Of a stretch of DNA of 38,057 nucleotides, positions 1 through 9,664 are shown piece by piece. This DNA comes from Guillardia theta CCMP2712 (lineage: Eukaryota > Protista > Cryptophyta): positions 57,978-96,034 of the forward strand of contig NW_005434560.1 of NCBI RefSeq assembly GCF_000315625.1, in the 5' to 3' direction. Each line of letters opens with the position of its first letter. Within the stretch, counting starts at the first letter, position 1. The notes below the pieces were generated by a model. The model saw only the letters and a program-made list of their open reading frames with translations. It searched no databases and was not told where the DNA came from. The position numbers were made by a program, and so were the translations under genes.

Positions 1-1668
1 TACAGAATCAAGCAGTATGATTTCTGTCGCAACTGTGTGCTGACTGTAGTTGTAGAGACTGCCTGGAGACAGCGCTTTGGGAGCAACTTTGAACTTCAGT
101 GGGATTCATCCCAGCTTGAATACAATGGGGTTCATCGTACAGCTGGTATCAACGAGCAATCGCCTACACCAATCTCTGATTCAGGGAGGGAGAACCTTGG
201 CAGGAAGGTTTGATATTGAGAAGTAGAATCAGATGATTGGCGTGGCGTGGTATCAAGCTTCTTCTCCCGAAGACTGTTCAAGGAACTCCAGGTCAAGTCA
301 AGCAGGTTAGGATGTGAAGCCTTCCATCATGATCGCAAGATACAAGACCTATGATCGCAAGAATTGAAATGAGAATTGAAATTGATGAAAAATCGGCCGT
401 TGAGAAATTGAAAAAATTCAAAATGAAGAGATGATTGATGGGAAAGGCAAATGAAAGAAGATCATATGGTCAATATGAGAATTGAAATGAAAATGCATGC
501 AAATGAAATCTCAAGAGCTCTCAGGTGACATGGCGCCAAATCATTCATACCGCGGTTAGATAGCGATTTGTTAGAAGGGCCCGTAGAGCAGGATAGTTAG
601 GACAAACACATTGGTCATGAATGGTGGACATCACTGGGTGGAAAATTTGGATTGAGAAAGTCAGATGGGTGACAATTGAAATCGATGGGATTTGAAGCAC
701 AATGATGGGATGGACGACTAGATGATCAGAAAGGTGTCTGGGGAGCCTGACTGATCAGAGGGGAAGCCTGACGAACAAGTGCAGTGCGGCACAGTCGAGT
801 TCAGGTGGTGGAGGAGTGTTGAAGGTACTGACGAGGTTTCTATGAAAGAGAGTGTGTAGGTAAAAGATGGATGGAGAAGGATCTAGGAGCCTGAGCAAGA
901 AGCAGCTTGGAGCATGGAGGAGGATCTGGATGCAGGAGGATCTGGGTGCAGGGAGGAGCTTGGAGCATGGAAGAGGAGATTGCGATTCAGAAGGATGCAG
1001 GGTGCAGCTAGCATGGAGGATGCAGGAAGCTTGATGGAGGATGCAGGAAGCTTGATGGAGGAAGCAGGGAGCTTGATGGAGGAGATTGGGATCCAGGAAA
1101 GAGCAGGGAGCTTGGAGGAGGAGAGCGCGGTGGTGCAGCTTGGAGGAGGAGCAGGGAGATGTTTAAAAAGGGGGTTCCCAGAGGATGAAGGATGAAGTGG
1201 AAAAGGAAGCTGAGAATCTCGCTTAACTTCGTCAGGGAGGGTGTAAGAACTCGGATAAGTTCTTGGAGACGGCGAGAAGTTCAGGGTATTGCGTCTCATC
1301 GATGGACGAAGCTCAGCGAGATGGAAGTGGGTTTCGACATAGGTCTGGAATTAAGGAATCTACGAGCCTGAGGGTCAGGCGGAGAAGAGGGGGTTAGAAG
1401 GACACGTGTCCACTGCGCGCTGTGCATCGTACTGGGTTGCAAGGGACTGAAGGGAAGGTGACTGCTGTGAATAAAGGAAGTGTTGGTGGTGTTGTGTGGT
1501 TCTTCTGAGAGTTCTATCATCATCAGTGAAGGTGTTAGAGACTGTACAGCTGTGTATCGTTGAGGTGAATAAGGTTGGTGTAAGGATCTCAGGTGTACTG
1601 AGAGTTAGTCTTTGGTGGATCTTGGGTTAAATAGATTCTGGCCAGTGAGGTGGAGGTTGATTCGATTA
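1..1668. other. Degenerate, largely non-coding repeat/TE-like segment (probable host flank)
   Basis: Strong G/A skew on + strand, only short low-complexity S/P-rich minus-strand ORFs, frames broken by stops, short direct repeats (atgatcgcaaga x2 near 329-362; gaattgaaat several times). Texture unlike the gene-dense block downstream. No TE domain recognised. Confidence 0.35.
1013..1083 (+). repeat. 21-bp tandem minisatellite ATGGAGGATGCAGGAAGCTTG (~3.4 copies, degenerate copies 900-1150)
   Basis: Units start at 1013, 1034, 1055 and 1076 (partial). Confidence 0.9.
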
Positions 1669-1820
1669 CGGTCACGTGATGTGTCACGTGACCGGTCAGG
1701 TGAGCCTGTCAGCCGGGTCACGGCCCCTGTCAGCCGGCTGACATGTCACAGGCCTGCTGACACGGTCCGCTGACCGGTCACGGCCGCCCGGAGAGATCGG
1801 GCCCCCGGCCAATCTCCGGG
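1669..1820. repeat. Cluster of overlapping palindromes built from TGAC/GTCA half-sites
   Basis: CGGTCACGTGA-tgtg-TCACGTGACCG hairpin (1669-1694), TGACCGGTCA (1689-1698 and 1771-1780), TGTCAGCCGGCTGACA (1728-1743), TGACATGTCA (1739-1748), CCCGGAGA...TCTCCGGG (1787-1820). Confidence 0.85.
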
Positions 1821-1930
1821 CCGGACACTTAGCCTCCTGGCGGGCCTCCAGGGGGTCTGAGGCGGGGCTGAAGGCTGCAGTCGGTCTACTGACGGGCCCG
1901 GCCGGCAGGATCCGTCGAGAAACAGGGGGG

Positions 1931-2278
1931 TCAAGGGCAGAGACGGTACAGCTTCTCCTTCCCCTGTGTCTGCAGCGTCTCCACCATGGCCTGCACAGAC
2001 TTGATGTCTCCCATCACCTGCTGCACCCCCGCGTGAACCTTGATCGCCCAGACATCGGCGTTCTCCTTGCATTGAGAGAAGTACCGCTTGTACTGGTTGT
2101 CGTCCCCGATGACCTCAAAGGCCTTGTTGCAGCAGTAATCCTTGAAGTTCTCATATGTGCTGAAGCATGAGGTAGACTCACAAATCTCCTCCTCCACCGC
2201 CACATCCTTCGTCGCACACACGATGCCGCGCAGCTCTGATACAAAATCCGACACACTCATCTGAGGCCGGCCCGGCAT
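1931..2278 (-). CDS. Hypothetical protein (115 aa; alternative ATG at 2260)
   Basis: ATG-initiated ORF, globular composition, T10A8 tract ~40 nt upstream. Confidence 0.7.
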   Translation of the reverse strand: MPGRPQMSVSDFVSELRGIVCATKDVAVEEEICESTSCFSTYENFKDYCCNKAFEVIGDDNQYKRYFSQCKENADVWAIKVHAGVQQVMGDIKSVQAMVETLQTQGKEKLYRLCP

Positions 2279-2315
2279 TGCTTGCCCCTACGCTTGCCGT
2301 TGAGCCCCGCGACCG

Positions 2316-2333
2316 TTTTTTTTTTAAAAAAAA
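2316..2333. promoter_or_regulatory. T10-A8 tract in divergent promoter
   Basis: Lies between divergent genes starting at 2278(-) and 2410(+). A second TTTTTTAAAAA lies at ~2357-2368. Confidence 0.5.
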
Positions 2334-2409
2334 GAATTCAAATCCCCCTCCGGACCCTTTTTTAAAAACAGGGCCGCCACTGGCCATTCCCACGCACCAC
2401 CTACCACGC

Positions 2410-2676
2410 ATGGCCACCACGCCGCAGCTCGCCCCCTGGCTCATCAAGTCGCTCAACGAGGACACCATATTCGTCAAGCTTGCAAGAAAGGCAGAATGCA
2501 GCGAGGATGAGGACGACTTCGACGGGATCCTGTCCCCGCTGCCGACCAAGGTTGATCTGCAGGTGCCAAATACCCCAGTGAAGAAAAGGAAGACCTTCAC
2601 GCCGATCCACTCGCCGGTAGAATCCGACGCCGAATCCTCCTCCCTATCCGACTCGGACTTCTCCTTGAATGAATAA
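2410..2676 (+). CDS. Small acidic/Ser-rich protein with NLS-like KKRK and S/T-P sites (88 aa)
   Basis: First ATG of track ORF 2278..2676. Stop codon overlaps AATAAA. Motif TPVKKRK. Confidence 0.7.
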   Translation: MATTPQLAPWLIKSLNEDTIFVKLARKAECSEDEDDFDGILSPLPTKVDLQVPNTPVKKRKTFTPIHSPVESDAESSSLSDSDFSLNE

Positions 2677-2738
2677 AAAAAAAGGGATCCATCCATCACT
2701 TAGCACACCCCCGCACCACGCACGGCAAAACAACATCG

Positions 2739-3650
2739 ATGTCCCTCTCAGGGAAGTACGACCACGTCCTGATCCACAGCATCATCGACCCGGCGTCGCT
2801 GCCCGCCTTCACCGACTTCCTCATCGAGATGAGCAACTACATCGTCGCCCCGAAAAACGAGCACAGCGACGCGGTGCAGAGGGCGGCGTTCTACGGCTTC
2901 GGTGACATCCATTTCCGCGTCTCAGTCTTCCGCCTCCTGCAAGCATGCTTCATGGCCGAGTGGTACTGGTCCTCCGAGGTAGTGCCACACCGCTGGGAGA
3001 TGCTTGTCCACATCCCCACAAGGCACAACATCACGGCCGCCCAGCTCGAGCGCTTCTGCTCCTTCTGCCGCAACGGGATCAGCTGCGACGTCATCGAGCG
3101 CGGCATCAACAACGGGCTCGTCGTCTTCCTCGACCGCATCGACAAGGGCAAGAACCACGCGGGCTGGATGCGGCACCGCCTGCGCATCGCCTGCGACCGG
3201 CACAGGGAGCGGATGCGGATGCAAGAGGAGCGGGACAGGATACGGAGCGAGACGGGCATGGAATTCACCACCAGCAACATGCTCTACTTCTATCACGAGT
3301 GGCAGAACACCCGCATCGACATGCAGGCCCTCCGCGAGACGATCGAGGAGCTCAACAACAGGAACATCCAGATGACCCGCAGGGTGCACGAGAACGCCAG
3401 CTTCATAAACACCCTCTGCACCTCGGTGATGAACATCGCGGAGTCCATGCGGGCGGAGCTCAACGGCGAGGCGCTCGACGCCTTACAGGAGCACCTGACC
3501 CGCATCCAGGACATGAGCCGGCAGGCCAACAGCCTCTCCAATAACCTGCGCACGAGCTCTGTCCTCTACCGGTCGAGGACGGGCAACACCCTCGACGACC
3601 TGCTCATCGTCGTCGGGTCGGACGAGGATGACGGAATGGTCATCCAATAA
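2739..3650 (+). CDS. Hypothetical protein with C-terminal coiled coil (303 aa)
   Basis: Long ATG ORF with strong GC3 codon bias. Stop overlaps AATAAA. Confidence 0.85.
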   Translation: MSLSGKYDHVLIHSIIDPASLPAFTDFLIEMSNYIVAPKNEHSDAVQRAAFYGFGDIHFRVSVFRLLQACFMAEWYWSSEVVPHRWEMLVHIPTRHNITAAQLERFCSFCRNGISCDVIERGINNGLVVFLDRIDKGKNHAGWMRHRLRIACDRHRERMRMQEERDRIRSETGMEFTTSNMLYFYHEWQNTRIDMQALRETIEELNNRNIQMTRRVHENASFINTLCTSVMNIAESMRAELNGEALDALQEHLTRIQDMSRQANSLSNNLRTSSVLYRSRTGNTLDDLLIVVGSDEDDGMVIQ

Positions 3651-3657
3651 AGGATCA

Positions 3658-4104
3658 TTAAAGAACGGAAGACCGCGGCTTCCTGATGCAGATCAGCAGG
3701 TTCTTGTACACCCGCGGACTCTGCTCCGACAGCGTCAGGAGGTAGTCCTGTTGGTACCGCTGATCGAACCTCGCGTCGTTGCTATCCAGCATCCGCCACG
3801 CCACGAACGTCCAGTCCTGACCCCGCATCCATCGGTGGCACACGCGGCAGAACACCCGGAACACACTCCTCACGCACTGGACGTGCTGGACCGCCGCATT
3901 CCCCCCCTTGTACACCATGGGGGAGACGATCCTCAGACCCTCCGGCCCGTACGTCAGGCGCTCTTCCGAGAGGGGGCCAAAGGAATGCCCCTGCATCGCG
4001 AGCTCGTCCTCTCTCTGCAGCAGGTCCAAGAAGTCATGGATCAGGCGGTTGTACCCCCACGGGCACTCCATCGCAGTATCCAGCCTACTCTGCATATGCT
4101 GCAT
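3658..4104 (-). CDS. Hypothetical protein (148 aa)
   Basis: Fits exactly between neighbours (convergent with 2739..3650), natural composition. Confidence 0.75.
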   Translation of the reverse strand: MQHMQSRLDTAMECPWGYNRLIHDFLDLLQREDELAMQGHSFGPLSEERLTYGPEGLRIVSPMVYKGGNAAVQHVQCVRSVFRVFCRVCHRWMRGQDWTFVAWRMLDSNDARFDQRYQQDYLLTLSEQSPRVYKNLLICIRKPRSSVL

Positions 4105-4217
4105 ACTTTACCGTCCCCCTCCCATGCACTCCCCAAATACACGGATGGAACGAAGCATTACACACAATCCATTTATTTACGATCCAGGCAATGGCACAAA
4201 CAAACAAAACAAAACAA

Positions 4218-4424
4218 ATGGCCCCGGGGTCATCCAGGAACGGGAAACACACGACCGCAGCCAGGCGCTTCCTCCTCGGCTTCATCCTCGCCATCTTCTC
4301 CCTGCAGATCTTCGCCATCTTCCTCTCCATCCAGATCTCCAAGGCCCTCCGCAACGTCCACCTCCCCCGCCTCCTCCCCGAGGACATCGGCCTCCTCGTC
4401 GCTTCCAAGGCATACACCCACTAA
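4218..4424 (+). CDS. Small single-TM protein (68 aa; alternative ATG 4191)
   Basis: Hydrophobic stretch FLLGFILAIFSLQIFAIFLSI; A-rich leader CAAAACAAAACAA before ATG. Confidence 0.6.
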   Translation: MAPGSSRNGKHTTAARRFLLGFILAIFSLQIFAIFLSIQISKALRNVHLPRLLPEDIGLLVASKAYTH

Positions 4425-4426
4425 GC

Positions 4427-4666
4427 TCACAACGTCGCAGTCTCCGCAGGGAAACGCACGAAGCCGTGCCGGATCTTGTACGCTAGATCCATCAGGTCCT
4501 TCATCTGGAACTCCATCTTCGTAAGGATCGCATCGCAATTCTCATCTTCATCCCCGGCAGGCATGCCAAACCGCGCCATGGATGAGCCCACAGAGCCATC
4601 AAGGCTGTCCACGTAGGCCTGGATCGCATCGATCTCCCGCAGCACGTCGCCCACAGAATCTCCCAT
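4427..4666 (-). CDS. Small coiled-coil protein, HGFVR-cap family (79 aa)
   Basis: Ends LAYKIRHGFVRFPAETATL; CATTTAA box 4697-4703 upstream. Confidence 0.8.
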   Translation of the reverse strand: MGDSVGDVLREIDAIQAYVDSLDGSVGSSMARFGMPAGDEDENCDAILTKMEFQMKDLMDLAYKIRHGFVRFPAETATL

Positions 4667-4707
4667 TTCCCTGCCATGCCGCCACCCATCCGCGTCTTAA
4701 ATGCGCT

Positions 4708-5610
4708 TCATCGCACGCGGCCCGACTGGAAATCGTGCAGCGCGCTCGCCACGGTGGCGAGGCACTGCTGCAGCGCGATAAGGCGGGGCTTCAGTTCCGA
4801 TGCCTCATGTTCCATACCGTCTGAATCATCTTCATCGTCTGGTTCTTCTTCAATCTCTCCGGGCGGAGATGGGCGGTGTTGTTTTGCATGGTTGATGCGA
4901 TATCTTTCGAATTCTTGATGATTCCGTGTCAGTTTCCAATCTAAATCCTTTTGAGATTGTAAAATCTCTGCATTCTTTTTAGCCAACGACGTTTCCATGT
5001 TACGCAAATCCGTTTTGATATCTTTCAATAGATGTTGTTCACGAATATTAATCTTATGTTCGACATCTTCATTGATTTTTGACTGGATATGTGCGTCCAC
5101 ATTCAAAAGAATTCTTTTTTCAAGTTCAATGGAATCCTTCTTGAAACCTTCATTGAGTCGTGTTTTCATATTTGCTATACCTTTCTGCAAATCTGTTCTC
5201 ACACCAGACAGTTCTGCATTGATTCTTTTTTGTTCTGTATCCAATCCTTGAACAAACTGTGTTTTCATATTTTCTATATCTTTATCGATTTTCGCAATCG
5301 CATCATTGTGCAATGTTTCATGAGTCTGCAGTTCTGTTTTTAGACTAGACAATTCTGCATCGATTCTTTTGTGTTCAGTATCCAATTCATTAAACCTGAC
5401 AGCCAGATCATTCACCCTCGTTAAAATATCATCAATTGCTTCAACCAATTCATCATGATGATTTACTCCCAGCACACCTATCTGTTGATCATCCCCGGAT
5501 GCCGCATCCCCGTCCCCACCGGATGACGAATTCTCGGCGGCGGCAGGGGATGGGAACACCGGTGCAGCGCTGGATTGATTCTTGTTCTTCTTTTTAGCCC
5601 CAATCAACAT
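4708..5610 (-). CDS. Coiled-coil protein with internal duplication, divergent cap SGRVR (300 aa)
   Basis: First ATG at 5610 with CATTTAA box at 5637-5643. Repeat LDTEHKRIDAELSSLKTELQ / LDTEQKRINAELSGVRTDLQ. Confidence 0.85.
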   Translation of the reverse strand: MLIGAKKKNKNQSSAAPVFPSPAAAENSSSGGDGDAASGDDQQIGVLGVNHHDELVEAIDDILTRVNDLAVRFNELDTEHKRIDAELSSLKTELQTHETLHNDAIAKIDKDIENMKTQFVQGLDTEQKRINAELSGVRTDLQKGIANMKTRLNEGFKKDSIELEKRILLNVDAHIQSKINEDVEHKINIREQHLLKDIKTDLRNMETSLAKKNAEILQSQKDLDWKLTRNHQEFERYRINHAKQHRPSPPGEIEEEPDDEDDSDGMEHEASELKPRLIALQQCLATVASALHDFQSGRVR

Positions 5611-5653
5611 CCTCCCTGTCCCGCCCACTGCACCCCTTAAATGCTCTCCCGCG

Positions 5654-8600
5654 CTAACGGATGAAGCCGTGCTCGTACTGCCAGAAGATCCTGGACGCCT
5701 TCTCGAGGTCGGCCTGCAGAGCACGGAGGCGGGGGGCCAGGGCTTCGTTGTACTCCTCCGCTACAGCATGGCCCTTCTCGCTGCGATCAGAGCTTCGGGG
5801 GGAGGCCGTAGGAGAACGTGCCTCCAGCGCGGTGACCTTCCCTACCAGGTCCATCACCTCTTCCTCTAAAGTGTTCAGCTTCGTATCCTTCTCTTGAACC
5901 ATATCCAGTGCACTCTTTGCAATGTGTTGAACGTTGTTGATCCGAGTGCCCAAGTTATCGAATTCTTTCGTGATTTCGTCTTTGAAAGCATTCAACGCAG
6001 AATCGTCCGGGACAACAGGCGCGGGAGGGGGGAACTTAGAAACGGCATCCACCTTGACATCCAGTTCACCCTGTCTCCCCTCCAATGCCTTGATGGCTTC
6101 ATCCTGCCTGGCATCCACTTCCTTGACAGCATCCAATGAAGCTTCCAGCTCTGTCGCCTGGCGCAGTGCCCTTTCAACGAACTCATTCTGTGATTCGGCC
6201 AATTCAGACACAGCCACCACAGTCTTTTGGAAGGTCTCCATACGGGCCTCCATCCCTGTTGTTTTCTCCTGACACACCCTCTCAGCCTCGGTTCTCGCCT
6301 CTCCTAGCATGGTTCCTTTCCATGCATCCAAATCGGGCTGGTTTCTTGTAATGGCGGAATGTTCTTTTTTGACTCCCTCGATTTTCTGTTCAAGGCCATC
6401 CACACGAAGCTTCAGACTCCCCGATTCATTCTTGAGAGCCTCTATTGAAGTAAAAATTCCAGTATCTTTCTCATGCTGCTGTTGCATTAGTTTTTCCTGC
6501 TTCATATCCACATCCTCGATACCCTTTTGCAACCTTCCAATATCAGTAGCCAATACACCCGACATTTCCAGGTATTCCGTAATCGACTCACGCACTTTGG
6601 ACATACTCACATCAAAGTCACGTATCCTCTGCTCGATATCTTCCATACGGGTGACCAGCTTGCCCACCTTCCCCTTCTCAGAACCATCCCAGCCACCCGT
6701 CACATCCGAACGCTGGCCATCCTTGTTGGAACCGCGGTTGATTTGGCTGGGGATGGCGGCCGTGCGTTGCTCATTCATTTCCTTGATTTCCGATTGCAGA
6801 GTCTCCATAACACCGTTCATTTTCTGCATCGCAATTGTGAGTTCTTCCACCGCATGTCGCTGATGTTCCACCAAAACTATATTATCATTGACATCCTTTT
6901 GCATCTTCTGCAATTGCATATCCGTGGTTTCTGTACAGGTTTGGTAAGTCCCCCGCATGAGCTGCATCGTCTGCTTCAATTTAGCAATATATTCCTCCAT
7001 CTCCTTTTTCCTTTTCGCCCAATCACTGGCCTCCTCCGACATGCCGTTGTCCTGTGGGTTGTAATGGTCCGGCACTGACTCCCAGATATCATTCACATTT
7101 TTTTCAATCCTGGCTAGTTCATTCTTGAAAGACTGCATCGATTCATCCATGGTGATTTTCCAGGTGCTCACTTCCTTGTTCGAATCAGTCTGTTTACGTC
7201 GAAATTCACCCAACCTATCCAACTCCAAGTCCATGTTCTTCATATTCGTAGACAGACCAATGGTATCTTTCTGCAACGACAAAAATCTATCGTCCCATTG
7301 CAACTCTGACTGCTTCGTATTGTATGTAATCTCCCGTATTTGTTTTGTATGATCACTTACCTTCTTCTGCAATCTTTCGATCTCATCTTGCATATTTTTC
7401 GATTCGTCCTTTCCATCGTACTGGATGTCCTCTTCTATCTCCCCTGAACCATGGCCTGTTGTTGGTGGGATGGGCACACGACCTCGATGATTCACCTCAT
7501 TACGAAGCTCTTCAACATGTTCAACAATGTCAAGAACGTTTGATTTCAGATCCTCAACCTTCAGGTCAACCTTTCGCACTACATTATCAATATAGGGAGT
7601 GTAAATCCTTTCGAATGCATCCTCGACGATATCATGGCAAAATATCTGCAGATTACCACGCTGCTCCTTCCCACGCAGGTCCATCTCTGTCACCAGATCT
7701 TGTTTCACCCTTTCGAAATCCTTCCTGTGTGTAACTCGGATCGTCTTCAATTCGCCATCGAAATCATCAACCCTTGCAATCAAACCTCTCAGATCACGCT
7801 GAATCGAGCTGAAATTAGTAAAAGGAATACCCGGGGTTGCATCAGTGGCTTTACCCTCTGCGGTGTTCTGGGGTACATTCCTGGTTAGTTGGTCTTCTAA
7901 CCCCTTAATTTGGAATGACAGTTTTGTGTACTTCGTTTCAAATTCGGTCCTCATCGCTGAGTTGTTATTATCATTGTGTTGCAAAGTTGACTTGTAGTCC
8001 TTCTTACACTCTTGACTCACTTCCTGTATATTCTTGTAAAGCTTCATGTACTCAGCCTTCAAACCATCCAGTTCACCCTTATCAATTGCATGTATAGCTT
8101 CAACATCTTGCAATTTTTCATCGATGTAAACCTCGAGCTTCTTCTGAATACCAGCTACTTCTGACAACATCTTGGCAGCATCCACGGATCCTCTCTGCAC
8201 GTTTTGTGGTTTTGACTGAAGCCCCTTGACTTTATCTTCCAAACTCTGAAGCTCCTTTTCAAGGTCTTCCATCACAGAAGACTGCTTCCCAATGATATCA
8301 TTGAATTTCGTGACATCTTCACGAACCCTCTCTATATTCAATTCCAAGCTACTCCTGTGTTGGTCCAACACCTGTCTCATACCCGTCATTTCAATTTTGA
8401 CCTCACGTTGAAAACTATTGACACGCTGATCACTTTCAAGCACACGGCGTTGAAAATCGGTGACTTTGGACTCCATGTCATTAACAGAATTCTTGATCTC
8501 CTCGTACGCATTCGTAAAAACATCGATGTGATCTGCACATTGTTTGGCAGCCTGTTTCATAGTATCAACATCCTGCAAGACACCCTGGTCCTTCGATTCA

Positions 8601-9418
8601 ATCGCTTCAATCCGGCGGGTAATATCTTCACGGGTGTCCTTGTATTTGTTCACCAGGTCCTCCACTTTGTGTTCAGCGACAAATATCGAATTTAGCTTTT
8701 GAAGTAAATTATCCCGCACATCTTTGATCTGATGTTCGAATCTATCCGTGCGTTCTCTGTAAGATCGGTCCTCTGCGTCATACCGCGCCTGTTTGTGTTT
8801 CATTTCTTCCACTGCATCGTTGATGTTCTTCATTCTCTTATCTGTCAATTCCATCTTTGTTTCGTTCTGCTTGATCGCCACACTCTGCGGCTCTATCTTC
8901 TTTTCAATCACAACTTCCAGTAACCCCAGAATCTTTTCTTCCAGGGCTGCATCATCGATGTCAACCCGGGACCTTGCCTCCGTCTTCGACTCCGCGTAAG
9001 GTTTCAAGGAGTTGTACTTCTCATCGATCATTCTCTGTAGATCGTCCGCATGTTGCTTGATCTGTTTCGTGACCATCTCGTGAATCTCATCGTGGTTCTT
9101 CGCTACATACTCGTAGCTGGCATAGTTTTTCAACTTATCAGAAAGCTCATCCACTTGTTTTTTCAAAGCCTGCTCGCGTATTTTTTGTTTTTTTTTATCC
9201 TCTTTGTAACTACTGATGAACGTGGCTATGTCTGTTTTTTTTCTCTCTTCCATCTGCTTATCCCTCTTACGTTCAGCTGCTCTTTCCTCTCTTTGTTTCT
9301 CCTGTGATTCTTCAAGTTCCTTTCTCCTTACATACTCCTCGGGACTAGGCGGTGATTGTGGAATATTTTGTTTACGTTTTTCTACTACATCCTTATCCTC
9401 TGTATCATCAAGCACCAT
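5654..9418 (-). CDS. Very long coiled-coil protein ending in HGFIR (1254 aa)
   Basis: 3.76-kb uninterrupted ORF, E/K/Q/L heptads throughout. First ATG 9418, GATTTAA box 9452-9458. Confidence 0.93.
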   Translation of the reverse strand: MVLDDTEDKDVVEKRKQNIPQSPPSPEEYVRRKELEESQEKQREERAAERKRDKQMEERKKTDIATFISSYKEDKKKQKIREQALKKQVDELSDKLKNYASYEYVAKNHDEIHEMVTKQIKQHADDLQRMIDEKYNSLKPYAESKTEARSRVDIDDAALEEKILGLLEVVIEKKIEPQSVAIKQNETKMELTDKRMKNINDAVEEMKHKQARYDAEDRSYRERTDRFEHQIKDVRDNLLQKLNSIFVAEHKVEDLVNKYKDTREDITRRIEAIESKDQGVLQDVDTMKQAAKQCADHIDVFTNAYEEIKNSVNDMESKVTDFQRRVLESDQRVNSFQREVKIEMTGMRQVLDQHRSSLELNIERVREDVTKFNDIIGKQSSVMEDLEKELQSLEDKVKGLQSKPQNVQRGSVDAAKMLSEVAGIQKKLEVYIDEKLQDVEAIHAIDKGELDGLKAEYMKLYKNIQEVSQECKKDYKSTLQHNDNNNSAMRTEFETKYTKLSFQIKGLEDQLTRNVPQNTAEGKATDATPGIPFTNFSSIQRDLRGLIARVDDFDGELKTIRVTHRKDFERVKQDLVTEMDLRGKEQRGNLQIFCHDIVEDAFERIYTPYIDNVVRKVDLKVEDLKSNVLDIVEHVEELRNEVNHRGRVPIPPTTGHGSGEIEEDIQYDGKDESKNMQDEIERLQKKVSDHTKQIREITYNTKQSELQWDDRFLSLQKDTIGLSTNMKNMDLELDRLGEFRRKQTDSNKEVSTWKITMDESMQSFKNELARIEKNVNDIWESVPDHYNPQDNGMSEEASDWAKRKKEMEEYIAKLKQTMQLMRGTYQTCTETTDMQLQKMQKDVNDNIVLVEHQRHAVEELTIAMQKMNGVMETLQSEIKEMNEQRTAAIPSQINRGSNKDGQRSDVTGGWDGSEKGKVGKLVTRMEDIEQRIRDFDVSMSKVRESITEYLEMSGVLATDIGRLQKGIEDVDMKQEKLMQQQHEKDTGIFTSIEALKNESGSLKLRVDGLEQKIEGVKKEHSAITRNQPDLDAWKGTMLGEARTEAERVCQEKTTGMEARMETFQKTVVAVSELAESQNEFVERALRQATELEASLDAVKEVDARQDEAIKALEGRQGELDVKVDAVSKFPPPAPVVPDDSALNAFKDEITKEFDNLGTRINNVQHIAKSALDMVQEKDTKLNTLEEEVMDLVGKVTALEARSPTASPRSSDRSEKGHAVAEEYNEALAPRLRALQADLEKASRIFWQYEHGFIR

Positions 9419-9484
9419 CACTCCCACCTACACACCCACTGAAGCCACCGCTTAAATCCGCACTGCAAGGCACCCTCCCCCTCG

Positions 9485-9664
9485 TTACAATTTCGCTGCC
9501 TCCCTGCCCTCGAAGCGGATGAATCCATGCTTGATCTTCCACGCGACCTTCTTCAGCTCATTGACGCTCTCGCGGATGCTCCTGACCTCCTCCTGAAGAT
9601 CGCCCGCTCCATCGAACTCCGCGGATATCAGCGGCACACGCACTTCCTTCGCCCTTCCACTCAT
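9485..9664 (-). CDS. Small coiled-coil protein, HGFIR-cap family (59 aa; absent from ORF track)
   Basis: Manual translation MSGRAKEVRVPLISAEFDGAGDLQEEVRSIRESVNELKKVAWKIKHGFIRFEGREAAKL*. ATG overlaps the TGA of the upstream gene (ATGA). TATAAG at 9692-9697. Clear similarity to 4427..4666. Confidence 0.85.
   Translation of the reverse strand: MSGRAKEVRVPLISAEFDGAGDLQEEVRSIRESVNELKKVAWKIKHGFIRFEGREAAKL

Noticed and set aside
883-1523. ORFs 883..1299, 914..1195, 1296..1523 as genes
   Set aside because: Low-complexity translations produced by the 21-bp minisatellite and purine skew; no domain.
5654-9418. SMC/myosin/Rad50 identity
   Set aside because: No Walker A/B, hinge or motor domain; generic coiled coil only.
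9485-9496. C-terminal AKL as peroxisomal PTS1
   Set aside because: Paralog ends in ATL; a tripeptide match is likely chance.
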